A DNA stretch of 64,000 bases from Octopus vulgaris (Eukaryota), in the NCBI GenBank assembly GCA_951406725.2, contig OX597828.1:32550001-32614000 (forward strand), read 5' to 3'. Each line of letters begins with the position of its first letter. The stretch's first letter is position 1. The notes beneath the pieces are model-generated. The model ran no database searches. It was not told where the DNA came from and saw nothing but the letters and a program-made list of their open reading frames with translations. This document shows, in pieces, positions 38,955 through 52,736 of this stretch. The position numbers and the translations under genes are program-made.

Positions 38955-39748
38955 CAAATGAAATTTGCCACCACAGCAGCAGCGGGGCAATTAAACAAAA
39001 AAACAGCAGCTGCTAATGAAGCTGTTGCACGTCTAACCGGGTGTAGAGCAGGATTCGTGACAGACGAAATGTAGACAGAACCTTTGTCGCAGCTAGCTAG
39101 GAAGTTGGTCAGCAGAAAAAGAAAAGGGCACTTCTGGTTGGAAAAGGAAAACAGAAGAATGTCAACAGAATGTCAACAGTGAGTGTGTAACGAATCTAAG
39201 TGAACTAAACAGAAATAACTGATGAATTAAGCCTTGTTGTACGTAAACTAATAACACCTTTGATAAATGTATCCTCGTCTCCACTAGTTTCTTTGTGTAT
39301 AGCTTAACAATGCTATACGGGCACATTTAACACACATATTTCCATCAACAGTGATCAACGTAATGCAATTTTTATGGAGAACGGAGAGGATATTTTATGT
39401 GTCTCATATTTATTAGGTCTTGTTTTAGTACTCGTTTTGAAAGGAGTTGAAAAAAAAATAGAGAAATAGCTACAAACGCAGTAATACAATTTCAAAACAA
39501 AGTGTTTTTAAAACATTACTTTCACTTTCTCTTTACTTTTCTATTTTAATATCGTTGGTTCATTGATCTGCAGCCATGCTGGGAATCACTCTGAGGGTTC
39601 TCGTCTAAACAAATTTATACTACTTATTCTGCCGGTACCCTTTTGCCGAAGCACTAAGTTACTGAGGTACAAAGAAACCGACACCGGGGAGGAACAAAAA
39701 CAACAGACACAAGCACACACACAGACACCAGACACACACTGATACAGC

Positions 39749-40543
<795 letters not shown>

Positions 40544-41004
40544 TCCCTCAGTTCATCTGCTTCGCAAAGGTAATCCCGCTGTAGTAAAAGACAAGACACA
40601 TCCAAAAGAACCGAGCAGTGGGACTGAAACCGAATCCAGGTGATTGCAAAGCATGCTTCGTAGCCACATAACTATGCCTGCGCCAATGTTAAATACTTTT
40701 CTAAAACCGATTCTACATTAGTTGATGAAATACTTTGGTGTGGTTGTGGTAAAATCACAAACCTCCAAAATGTTCTATGACAATTTTGTGAGTATGCAAT
40801 ATTTTCGTTCAAAATGATATTATCTTTCGAAATAATCTCTTCATTTTCTCATAACCCTGTAAGGCGAAGAAGACATGAACTGACGAACAAAATATCTAAG
40901 TTATAGTTTGAGATATTTTGTACATACATACATACATACATACATACATACGTACATACATACGTACATACGTACGTACATACATACATACATATATATA
41001 TATG

Positions 41005-41105
41005 TCACAGTTGTCGAGTGGTACCCGCGCGAGTGGAGTTACGATTTCAGGAGGATGATTGGGATCACGTGGATGAGAAAGGCGCGATCCAGAGAGGAAT
41101 GGACA
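41005..41105 (+). mobile_element. RTE-clade LINE 3' fragment
   Basis: [31 protein letters not shown], resembling the RTE C-terminus with the GRP motif deleted. Confidence 0.75.
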
Positions 41106-42420
41106 TACTGATATAAAATCCGGTTGAATGACATTAGAATCCCTGTTTATCTCATTGAGGATAAAATTTGGCCCTTGTATTCATGTCTACTACCCAACCA
41201 CATGATTTCATAAGCAATGGTGTATGTGATCAAAATAAATAAAATATTTTACTATTTCTTTCCGTAGAAAATCATTAAATCTGTATTGTATTAATTTACA
41301 TTACGAGTTCAAATCCTACCTGCTTCTCTCTTTCTATTCATTAATGGTGAACCACTAATGGTGCCATTGCGTTGACGCTCGACTAGAACGAAGTAATAGT
41401 CACTTCTTCTAATATCATAGAATTATCTCAAAACTATCAACGACATATTTTAAAGTATGCTGGAGTCTCTACTCAATGTCGGAATAGAAAATTGGATGGG
41501 CACCATGAAGAGGGTGTTTAGTTATAGGTTCCTTCAACCAGACTTGATCTTGTTACTCGTAAGAACAACATAGCTATTGTAAACGGGAACATTTTAACCT
41601 TAATACACTACAAGTTTTGGCCTGGAGCTTACATAAGTAATCGATATTTGGCTATTCCTGAATAGTGATAGCATAAAAGAAAATTTATTCCGCTTTACAC
41701 CTCTCTTTTTCTGATCAATATTTCACTACCACCATTGTCTAACCTTTAAATATTCTGTGACTCATAGTCATTTTAGAAGAATACTTATACAGTCTGCGTT
41801 GATTTTATCTCATAGCTATTAATTAAAAATATATTCATAAACATTGATGACTTTTAAGAATATTATAGTTACACTTCCATTATTCATATTTGTCTCTTAA
41901 ATTTTTAATGCAATTTTAGTCTATCTTTCTTTTTTTAATTAATGAGAGTGCTGTAGTGAATATTAGAGAATTTGATAAACTTACAGACGCCACTCAATTT
42001 TGCCTATGTAAACAGATTAGTTTTTATAACTATCGTCTGGAGCTCATGTTTTTGGTTGTTTCCTAAATAAAACAGGTTAGATAAAACTATAAAACAGATT
42101 GAAATTTTGTTTAACATTTACTAAATATTATCCACTTTCACGAAAGCTGTTTCACTATTGTATTTTAATGATGTGTCAAATTTGGTCTTCAAGATAGAAA
42201 TCATATTCCACAACGAAAATAATTTCTTGAAAAAGATTACGCACAGTGATGGGGAGAGAATCAACTGTTTTCAAACTGCATATCGATATGTATATAAACG
42301 AGCAGTGTATGAAACGTTCTGAGCCTTCAAGGGCTTTGAGCCTTGAAGTCTTGTACCTTCATCAGAAGTCTTGTATCATGTTTTCTTTTTCTGAAGCTCA
42401 AGACTTTTCATACGCCCCTC

Positions 42421-42465
<45 letters not shown>

Positions 42466-42469
<4 letters not shown>

Positions 42470-42629
42470 TTTGATCACCTTGACCGACCAGTCCGTCAGG
42501 CGTATATTTGACACCGCCGGTCACAGAACGCTGTCCATTCCTCTCTGGATCGCGCCTTTCTCATCCACGTGATCCCAATCATCCTCCTGAAATCGTAACT
42601 CCACTCGCGCAGGTACCACTCGACAACTG

Positions 42630-42632
<3 letters not shown>
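42466..42632 (-). mobile_element. RTE-clade LINE 3' fragment with tail, in (TA)n
   Basis: [44 protein letters not shown], then a short UTR. Near-identical to 41005-41105. Confidence 0.8.
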
Positions 42633-42712
<80 letters not shown>

Positions 42713-43331
42713 TGTATGTATGTATGTATGTATGTATGTATGCATGTATGTATACATGTAAGTATGTATGCATATATATGTGCGTTTGTGTATGTGTGTG
42801 TATAAAGCAATAACATTTGATTGTTGTTGAAGTGAAAGTATTGGTTGTAAGAATCAGTAAGGCATCGATAAAGCACCAGAAAAAATAAATTGATATCTTT
42901 TGTAGCATTGATTTCCTAGTAAATGTTGGTACTGCATACCATTCCGCGACCTGTTCATCTGAAGACAGTATCACCCAATTTGGATGGTCGATTTACCTGA
43001 CAGATCTAACCCCATAATACTAGCAGCCTTTTAAGTCTTACAACTCTAGTATTATTATCATTGCTCAGTCTAGCTGTTTGAAACTGCAAAGTATAGCCTT
43101 AAAATATTGCCTATGCCTTTTTAACGTTCTGATTTGAAATCTGTATGGATAATTTCCTCTGATATAGTCATAAAATATATCAATAACATATATAGAAATC
43201 ATTGAATCGATTCAGCCTTGACATTAAAAGAATAAGAAGTTTCATGTACTAAAGAAAATAAATCATCATGAGTTGTCAATATGTGGATGATGACGGGAGC
43301 GTTTCTCGAGTCATTACGCGGGAGGTTGACC

Positions 43332-43740
43332 TTGAGGGACGTGAAGACGCGGACTGGAAAAGTGGAGCATTTTCCAATCGAAGTCGGATATAGGGGGTTT
43401 GTTGCACACAGTGTGAGACGACTGTTGTTATTGTTAGGTCTAACACGTCGTAAGGTAAATACCACCATGGCCGATATCCAAACTACAGTGGAGAAAGCTA
43501 GCCACTGGATTTGGTTAAAAAGAGAAGCTTAGCGATGGTTAGAGATATATTGAGCTATATTTAATGACCATTTGATTTAGCAAGCGGGGCTTCATATCAG
43601 TGAGTGGGGCCGGTGTGCATTGATGCCGTCGGGAGGTAGGCCCCGAAACGGCGCACACTCTCTCCTGATGACCCAATACACTTCCGGTGTGCGGAGTTCT
43701 TGACTTGTAGCAATTGCATGTGCAAGTTGTTTGCAAGACA
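43332..43740 (+). mobile_element. Hero-like non-LTR retrotransposon 3' end, copy 2
   Basis: KVEHFPIEVGYRGFVAHSVRRLL...EKASHWIWLKR; 3' UTR homologous to 36830-37024. Confidence 0.85.
43606..43671 (+). ncRNA. Candidate non-circularly permuted hammerhead ribozyme
   Basis: GGGGCC..GTGTGC..GCCG-TC^GGGAG-GTA-GGCCCC-GAAA-CGGC-GCACAC-T-CTCTC-CTGATGA. All stems pair. Homologue at 36883-36948. Confidence 0.6.
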
Positions 43741-45535
43741 CGAGAAAAGAACAGAATTATGGTTGCCCAAGGGATAGCATGAGCGGTATACAACAGATTA
43801 CATGGAAACATTCACCTCACCGAAAACAAGAACTAACTATAAGGTGACATGATGCACTATGTAGATACGTGACCTTTGGAAATGATAATTTAACCAGTAA
43901 CTGTTGTTATATATTTGTTTGGTACGTAATGATCCCTCACACTTTTGATCAAAGCTAATCTTACACTGATAATCCTTCTTACATTCAGGCATATCCCAAC
44001 GTACACTAAATTATCCAAAATGTCACTAAACACGAGTTTAAACAGGAAAGACATTGCACAGAGACGCGATTAGATTTCAAAATCAGTTGTGGGATATTTG
44101 CACATAGGTAGATTGACTGTCTCTTGAGAAGATCTTCATTTGATGGGAAAATGAAATATCTGAACAACAACAAGCTTTCAGCTTAAAATAAAACAGTATT
44201 TTCATTGCTTGAGTTACCATATGGTCGTTTGATTTGCAGGGATCAGCAGCTATATAACTCTTAAGTTAACTATTTCATCTCACACTTGTTTGGATACCGA
44301 ATTACTGTAGAAGTTTTACGATGTGGTTATGTTAATAATAGACCTGTGCAATCATAACTGAAACTGAGGATAAACAACTACACTACTACTACAACTACTA
44401 CTACTACTACTACTGCTACATCAGTAGCAGCAGCAACAACAATAATAACAGCAAAAATAAGATTAAAAAATCAGTTTACGCTTTGAGTTAAGCATCTCAT
44501 ATTTTTGTACAGTTTTATTGGTTAATTAATAACTTAAATTCATTGATTAAATCCAGTATTCATTAGCATATTTAAGTTATGTGCCAAATTAGAACCCTCT
44601 AGAAATTTACCAAGACTTGCAAAAATAGCAGCTTGATATCTTCGAAACTACACACTTTGATTTAAAAAATTTGAGAATCGATGATTATTCAGTTCTTGAA
44701 AAAACTGGTAGAAAAATGTTTGACAGGCGTGTTTCACTGGTGCTGATCTGGGGTTAAATGTGACCGAAAAAAGACAAAGAAAATAATAAAATGGAACCAG
44801 TCGACACATTAATCGCCATTCGGCTGCTATTTATGTCGGGATTTTGAACCTTCCAAGATGGAGGTTCAGTAAAATGACTGTGGTTTTAATACACTAGGGT
44901 GCTTCCATTTTACACATCTCCCAGGCAACTAAATACTAATTTCCAGCCCGAATATCATTACCCCATCATCACCCGAACTCCCATCGGGAGATGGGTTTAT
45001 GATATTTCTCAAATTATGCTCTATCATTTTAGAAAAAAATGAAAGACATATTAGATAGTGATCTTCCTAATGACACCAATGAAACCATAAAGAGCAAAAG
45101 CAACAACAACAACAGCAACTACAACGGTGACAACAACAACAGCAACTACAACGGTGACAACAACATCAGCAAAAACAACGTCGACGACGACGACTATAAT
45201 GATGATGATGAGGAGGAGGATGATAAATACAGGATTTGGCTCGTTTGAAAGGACTATGATCGAGCTTTCGCTCAATAAGGGTTGTGCTGAATAAACCTAA
45301 AATACCGAAATCAACAAGAAAGATAACAATAACAACGACATCACCACTGACTAAAGTGTTCTTATTGTGATAAGAAATAAAGAAACGAAAATGGATCGTA
45401 AAGATCATAATAAATGTGTTTAATGGAAGTGTTCCCTTTATATGTCTTAATCGAAAGTGAAACCAAATAAGCTTTGATGTAAAAGTTAATAGCCCTAAAA
45501 AACAGAAAGTGCATGTATCTGTGCGTGTGTATATG

Positions 45536-45626
<91 letters not shown>

Positions 45627-45627
45627 G

Positions 45628-45661
<34 letters not shown>

Positions 45662-45956
45662 TGTATGTATGTATCTATGTATGTATGTATACACGCAGCA
45701 GTATCCAATTATCTTTTATGTCAATGCAATTTTAATGACAAAATGCACTTTTTCTTCTACTTTATCTGAATGGCCTACATCATTAAATTTACTGAGGAGA
45801 CAAAGGATTTCAGGTGTATTTGTACGAAGAATAATCGAAAATGATTTACTAGTGACTTGCTTTCGAAAATCAATATGAACATGGTTTGTCATTTGAAAAA
45901 AAATGGTGTATCATGCATCCCCAAATATACAAAGGCATACAAAATTACATACGTAC

Positions 45957-46049
<93 letters not shown>

Positions 46050-46141
46050 TGTTTGTAAACATATACATATATAGAGAGAGATAGAGAGAGAGAGGGATAG
46101 ATAGATAGATAGACTAAAAGATAGATTTATATATGTATATG

Positions 46142-46211
<70 letters not shown>

Positions 46212-46224
46212 TGAGATAGAGGCA

Positions 46225-46262
<38 letters not shown>

Positions 46263-46270
<8 letters not shown>

Positions 46271-47529
46271 TATATTCATTCGTATATATGTACATACATC
46301 TATACGTATATATAAGCATATGTGAACGCACGACGTCATGAAATATATACAACAAAACAGTACGAAGTATGAGTACATGGAACATGAACTATTTTTCGGA
46401 CAACGAAAGACACAAATGGAAAACGAACCAAACAACGAAAAGAACGACACTTCATCGGCTGATGGCTGTATTTCTACTACCTTATTTCGAACATTTATCA
46501 ACAATATACGCTTTCGATAAAACATTTGCTCCTGCAAAGCAAATTAAATAAAATTTGGGATTTTGCGGAGGGCCAAAATAGATAATGGAAACAGGAGAGT
46601 GAAAACAAACAGGAAGGGCTGGTTAACCTAAAGGAGGTCGTGGTGGCGAATGGGTAATTCGGGCGTGGACAGAAGGCAATCAAGAACACGTCTCCCGTGT
46701 TCCTGCTAGAACGGAGAGTAAGAAAGAAACACAAGTTAGTAGAAGGAAGATGGCCGATGGTCACATGAGAGCCACGTCAGCAACGGAGGAGGAGGGGGGG
46801 AGAGAGAGTGACAGAGTAATAGGAAAGAATGATGGGGGTAATTTAGTTAAAAGAATAAGAGATAGAAAGAGACAAGAACGAAAGAGTACGCATCCTCTTC
46901 CAAATAAGTTGATGCGCACGCGATCTTTTTACTCTTTCGTTTTTCTCTCTTTCTCTCTCTTATTCTTTTACCTCCTTTTCTCCCACTATTCTTTGCTGTT
47001 ACTCTCTCTCCCTCCTTTCTCACGTGGCTCAACGTACCCATCGACTATCGTCTCCTAACTTGTGTTTCTTTCTTTCTCTCCTTTCTACTGGAACAAAGAC
47101 GACGAGTTCTTGCTTGTCTCTTTTCCACACTTGATTCACGCGTTCGTTACCACAGCCACGTTTAAGCTTAGCAGACTTTCCTCCTGGTTTTCACTCTCCT
47201 GTTTGTTACATATTTTGACTCTTCTCAAAATCCCAAATTTTATATAATTTGCTTTGCAGGAACAACTGTTTTATCGAAAGCGTATATTGTTGTTAAATGC
47301 TCGAAATACGAGAGTAGAAAATCAGCCGACAACTGATGAAGGTTCGTTCTTCATGTTGTTTGTTTTGTTTTCCATTTGTGCCTTTCGTTGTTCGAAAATA
47401 TAGATCACGTTCCATTTACTCGCTCTTCGTATTTTTGTTTATTGTGCATGTTTCATGACATCGTGTGCCCACATATGCCTATATACATATACGTATAGAT
47501 GTAAGTATGTACATATACGTATATATATA

Positions 47530-47538
<9 letters not shown>
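46263..47538. repeat. ~1.27-kb imperfect palindrome (fold-back element) between (TA)n tracts
   Basis: Arms of about 630 bp align as reverse complements throughout (e.g. CCTGCAAAGCAAATTAAATAAAATTTGGGATTTTG vs CAAAATCCCAAATTTTATATAATTTGCTTTGCAGG). Centre at about 46900. Confidence 0.92.
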
Positions 47539-47584
<46 letters not shown>

Positions 47585-48071
47585 TATTTATATTATTATA
47601 TGATTGAACACCACGCATCCACTTTCAAGTAAGTTTTATCTATATATACAGAAAGGGAGAGAGAGGCAGACAGAGAGAGGGAGGCAGAGAGAGACAGATC
47701 GTTTGTGATCCCATTCTAAAGGAGGCATACGTTTGTACTTCAGAATGAGATCAAATCTTTTGAATTAAAATTCATCGGAAAATAATTCCGTTCAAGATTT
47801 ATTTATGAGTAACATGATTACTTATTTATCTAAACGTGTGTTAAGGTGGCAAGCATTGCTGCAAAATTGTTTTCTGACGTTTTGCTCTGGACGTTTGGCG
47901 CATAACAGTTTCATTTCTTTTATCCTCATTAAATAGTGATCTTCTGTTTGTGGGTTTGATGGCATATGTTCGTAGTTTTCTGTGTGTTGCGATTCATTTA
48001 GCCTCAGATTATTTACATATATAAGGACAACGTTCTAATAGGGCATTCGATCATCTTTTAATATATAGTTC

Positions 48072-48462
48072 TTGTGGAGGCGCAATGGCCCAGTGGTTAG
48101 GGCAGCGGACTCGCGGTCGGAGGATCGCGGTTTCGATTCCCAGACCGGGCGTTGTGTGTGTTTATTGAGCGAAAACACCTAAAGCTCCACGAGGCTCCGG
48201 CAGGGGATGGTGGTGATCCCTGCTGTAATCTTTCACCACAACTTTCTCTCATTCTTACTTCCTGTTTCTGTTGTACCTGTATTTCAAAGGGCCGGCCTTG
48301 TCACTCTCTGTGTAACGCTGAATATCCCCGAGAACTACGTTAAGGGTACACGTGTCTGTGGAGTGCTCAGCCACTTACACGTTAATTTCACGAGCAGGCT
48401 GTTCCGTTGATTCGGATCAACCGGAACCCTCATCGTCGTAACCGACGGAGTGCTTCCATCCC
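48072..48462 (+). mobile_element. Full-length tRNA-derived SINE (family B) with a 12-bp TSD
   Basis: A box TGGCCCAGTGG, B box GGTTTCGATTCC. Flanked by AATATATAGTTC at 48060-48071 and 48463-48474. Confidence 0.95.
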
Positions 48463-48479
48463 AATATATAGTTCCAAAT

Positions 48480-48690
48480 AAGGGTGGCGAACTGGCAGAA
48501 TCGTTAATATGCCCGCTAAAGAAATACTTAACGTCGTTTAGTTCATCTGAATGTTCTAAGTTCACATTCCGCCGCGGCCAACTAGTCTTTCATATATTTC
48601 GTGGCCGATGAAATAAGTACAAGGGTCGATGTAATCGACTTACCCACTCCCCCCAAATTACTGACCTTGTACCGAAATTTGGAACCAATA
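48480..48690 (+). mobile_element. Family-A SINE
   Basis: GGCGAACTGGCAGAATCGTTA...GGGTCGATGTAATCGACTTA...CCTTGTACCGAAATTTGGAACCAATA. Confidence 0.85.
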
Positions 48691-50435
48691 GCACCACGTT
48701 ATGTAATAGGTCTTTTTTTTTTTCTTACCATAATAGCGTGTGACTGGAAGAAGGTTTGTCCATAACTTTCTAATCAGAGCTGCAATATTGACACTTTGTT
48801 GCATGCTAACTGTTGTTAGTGAGAAATATCTCCATAAATGCTATTACGTTATTTATCACTTTTCTAAGATAATGAGAGTTTGTTTTCAGATATTAATAAT
48901 TGAAATAATAAAATATGTATGAATTCGATCATTAAGAAGTAAATGCTTAATTTATGAGTTATGGATAAAACATGTAAGCGAAGACTTATTTTAATTCACT
49001 GTGAAGTGCAATTCAATCATAACTAACCACATTTACATTGTTATAGCTGGCATTTGCGAAATACCAGGACTAAAAGATATGCAGTCACACTAGTCGCTGA
49101 CAATGGAATTATAATACTTCTTATGTATTAAACTAGAAAACTGAATGTCCGTAAAATGGTGCCTCGATATTCAGCAGTTGTTTCATTTGATTTTTAGTTC
49201 TTGATGGGCTTTTATCGAGTGAATATAAGATTAATGGAATTTTAGTGGAGGCGATCTCTTTCTTTTCTTTCTAATACTCCATCATCTAGAGCTTTCCATT
49301 ATTCTAGAAGCTAGGATACAATTTTACGGGTTATTTAGCTTCTCTTTCTAGCATTTTGATCAATCACATCGAATTTCTCTTGATAGTAATTAGAAGTTAG
49401 TTTATTCGGACATGAACAGAAGGCAACAAGCGTGAAGTGATAGGAGCAAGCCAAATTTTGATTTATAGGCTACCATTCTCTTCAGCTGATCGATTACAAT
49501 GATAACTAGTAGGTTACTAAAAGTCAAACCATTGATATTCCCTGAAGAATCTATCACGATGTGCACGTTTACATCGAATAGCGTATAATGTATATTAAAT
49601 GTATGTGTGATATCCATATTTTTACCTATCACTCTCTTGTATCTACCAATAGAACAATTCCATGTAATGTATATGTATATGTACACACACACATATACAC
49701 ACATGCCGAGACACTAAGGAATACACACACATACACACACATACATATATGCAGGTTTGTTATGTATTTCCCAATTTTTTTTAATAAATATATTATTTTT
49801 TTTCTTATCTTTCATTGTTATTTTCTTTTTTCAGATAGTTCAAAAGGAATTTGCTTCAGATTTTTCTCAAGAAAAATAACATGCTTAATCAATTTTGCAT
49901 ATTCAATTATTCTAATTGCCTATGCGTCTCAACTTCATAAGATTTCTTAAGTACAATTTACGACTACAACAAACAAAAAAAATTCCATAAATCAAATATT
50001 TTGGATTCTTATTCAAATTTCATAAATACTCTAATATTATTCTACTATAAAAGTAAAACATGTTTACAACAGTGATAACTAATGGAGATGAAGCTTTATT
50101 TTATAGCAATTTGTGACTACATACAAAATAGCTTAACAATGTTACAGTTTATTTTTTCCTTCAAATTTTTTTTTTCGTCTTTCTTAAGAGAAAATAAACA
50201 GAAATAATTTAGATATACGGAAGTATGTGTATCACGTTTGGAGATATTCGCATCCATATTTGAAGATTAGCACCATTACGTCCACCAACAAACCGTCATT
50301 TTCAATGATCCTGAACACAAATAAAAACGAGATGACTTCAGAAAAATGAAGTCGAATATTACTAAAATATATGCTTGTGTATGTGAGTATAATTATAGAT
50401 ACATACAAAGACACACACACTCACACGTACACACA

Positions 50436-50468
<33 letters not shown>

Positions 50469-50485
50469 GCATACACACATACATG

Positions 50486-50589
<104 letters not shown>

Positions 50590-51471
50590 ATGTGTGTGTA
50601 TGTCCGTGTCTTCCTTTTGGAATAATTAATTTTTTTCATTTGCAAAGCTAAAGCCAGCCTATAAAAAAAGCCTGAAGACATTTTCGTTCAAATTCAGATA
50701 TCTGAATTGTATGATGTATGTATATGTGTCGGCGTGTGTGGATAAACATGCCTTGTATACTAGGTATGCATTTCAACTTAGAATATATATGCGTGTGTGT
50801 GTGTGTGTGTGTATCTATGCTTTAAGACTTTTTTCTTTACCTCAGTACATACCCGTATGTTCCATGTGCACATGTGACCTCGCGTATATGTTCACACAAA
50901 GAAATTCAGTGGACAAGAAGGGTTGACATGACGACCAAGCGAAAGCACATCAGATCCAGAAAATATTCACACCAATAAGGACAATAGCATTCAGGGAGAA
51001 CAAACCTCCCCAAGGTGACACCAACGTTCTCTCAGCGATTAGTCAGAATTTTTTTTTTAAATTAGAATATTTGAAATAAACTCGACTGTTCTCACAAAGG
51101 AGAATAAATGAACCCGACAGTTCTCAACAATTAATTAAAAAAAAAAACTAACGGAAAAATAGTCCAGCATCCTAATCAATCACAATGGTATTCCTGGATT
51201 GTGAAGGTGTCTTTAGAAAATTTAGTAACAGTAATAAATAATTTATCTATTACAAGCCAAAGTTAACAAATTCACCATTCAAAATAAGTTCAAAGGTGGC
51301 GGTAATAATAAGTTCTATTCAGAAATTTTTAAATGAACAGCATGAGATCTTTTGGTTTTTCTCTTCTCTTAAATATCGGCCTTCGTTTAGTATTCCTGTT
51401 GTTTTAGATCGATGTATAAACCTCTATATATATGTAAGTATACTGTAAATTGTTAATATGTATATATAATA

Positions 51472-51545
<74 letters not shown>

Positions 51546-51759
51546 AAAATACGTTAGTGATATTTAATTTCTGAACGGTTTTCTGCCGTTTGTTTATGTA
51601 GTTTGATTTCTTTATCCATCAGTTTCTACTAAAATAGAAACACGTGTAAAATGAATAATAGAGAAACGGAAGTAAAAATTTGGAAACAGCCTAAAGTGAA
51701 ATAATTTAGATAGACTTCAAGGTGAACTTAAGATCGTAATCATGTGCAGTAAAATAACA

Positions 51760-51915
51760 AATAATCCAAAATCTTTTCCGGTGCCGTATCGATCCCAAAG
51801 TCTAAGCAGCTTGTGCCAGTCATGTGGTCAAACATCCCTGTAAGTTTCATCCGAATCCTTCCAGCGGTTCTTGAGATATCTTGTCCATGGGAAAGAAACA
51901 CGACTGAAAAACAAT
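51760..51915 (+). mobile_element. Possible Helentron-associated (HINE/DINE-like) non-autonomous fragment
   Basis: AAGTTTCATCCGAATCC..CCAGCGGTTCTTGAGATATC resembles the subterminal motif of such elements. Recognition from memory only. Confidence 0.4.
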
Positions 51916-52297
51916 AAAAATACTGATGGAATATATTATTAATAAGCAGCAATTCTTTGTGAGCATAGAAGGTCATGCATTATAATATGGGAAAAGAATA
52001 ACAAAGCCATGCATTGTTGTAGATATCAGTTGCCCGGGAGAATTATTACTCGTCAAAAACTGCGAGAAAGGAATTCCTCTCGCAGAGTTAATAAGAAACA
52101 CGCAGCACGAATATTTGGCAAAAGATTTCCATTTGCTCCAAATGTCACAGACTCATTGGGAAGGTAACAACACATCTACAAATCTAGAAGCATTAAGGAC
52201 CTCGAAACAAAAATAAGATAAAATTTGTAAAATATTTCAAGAGGTCTTCATTTGAAAATATTTGGGGAACATATGTAAACATTCAAACATACAATAT

Positions 52298-52308
52298 ATC
52301 ATCATCAT

Positions 52309-52339
<31 letters not shown>

Positions 52340-52367
52340 AATAATAATAATAATAATGATAATAATA

Positions 52368-52413
<46 letters not shown>

Positions 52414-52471
52414 TAATAATAATGGTAATAATAATAATAATAATAATAATATCAATAATAACAATAATAAC

Positions 52472-52544
<73 letters not shown>

Positions 52545-52606
52545 TTAATAATAATAATGATGATGATGATTATGATGATGATGATGATAATAATAATAAT
52601 AATAAT
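52298..52606. repeat. Compound (CAA)n(AAT)n(GAT)n microsatellite
   Basis: Direct reading. Confidence 0.98.
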
Positions 52607-52736
52607 TGCAAAGATAAAGCACTGTACAAGCACTTGAGAATGAAGGAAACTGAGCATAGGTGGATAAGGAAAATAATTCATGGACAATTTCTTGGGGATG
52701 TTGACGATAAGACAGAGAAAAATATGGTTATTTATG
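52607..52736 (+). mobile_element. R4/Dong-like non-LTR fragment abutting (AAT)n
   Basis: RWIRKIIHGQFLGDVDDKT resembles the WxxKxxHGQF motif after the RT domain of R4-clade ORFs. Confidence 0.6.

Noticed and set aside
45039-45248. 69-aa Asn/Asp-rich ORF after a TTTTAG
   Set aside because: Mostly (AAC)/(GAC)/(GAT) repeats plus a 27-bp tandem duplication. No donor or recognisable domain.
47290-47345. GAAA...CTGATGA as a hammerhead in the large palindrome
   Set aside because: I could not form stems I-III with a valid NUH site.
48076-48150. tRNA-like sequence with A and B boxes
   Set aside because: It is the head of a 391-bp SINE bounded by a 12-bp TSD, with a second copy of the body at 38066-38310.
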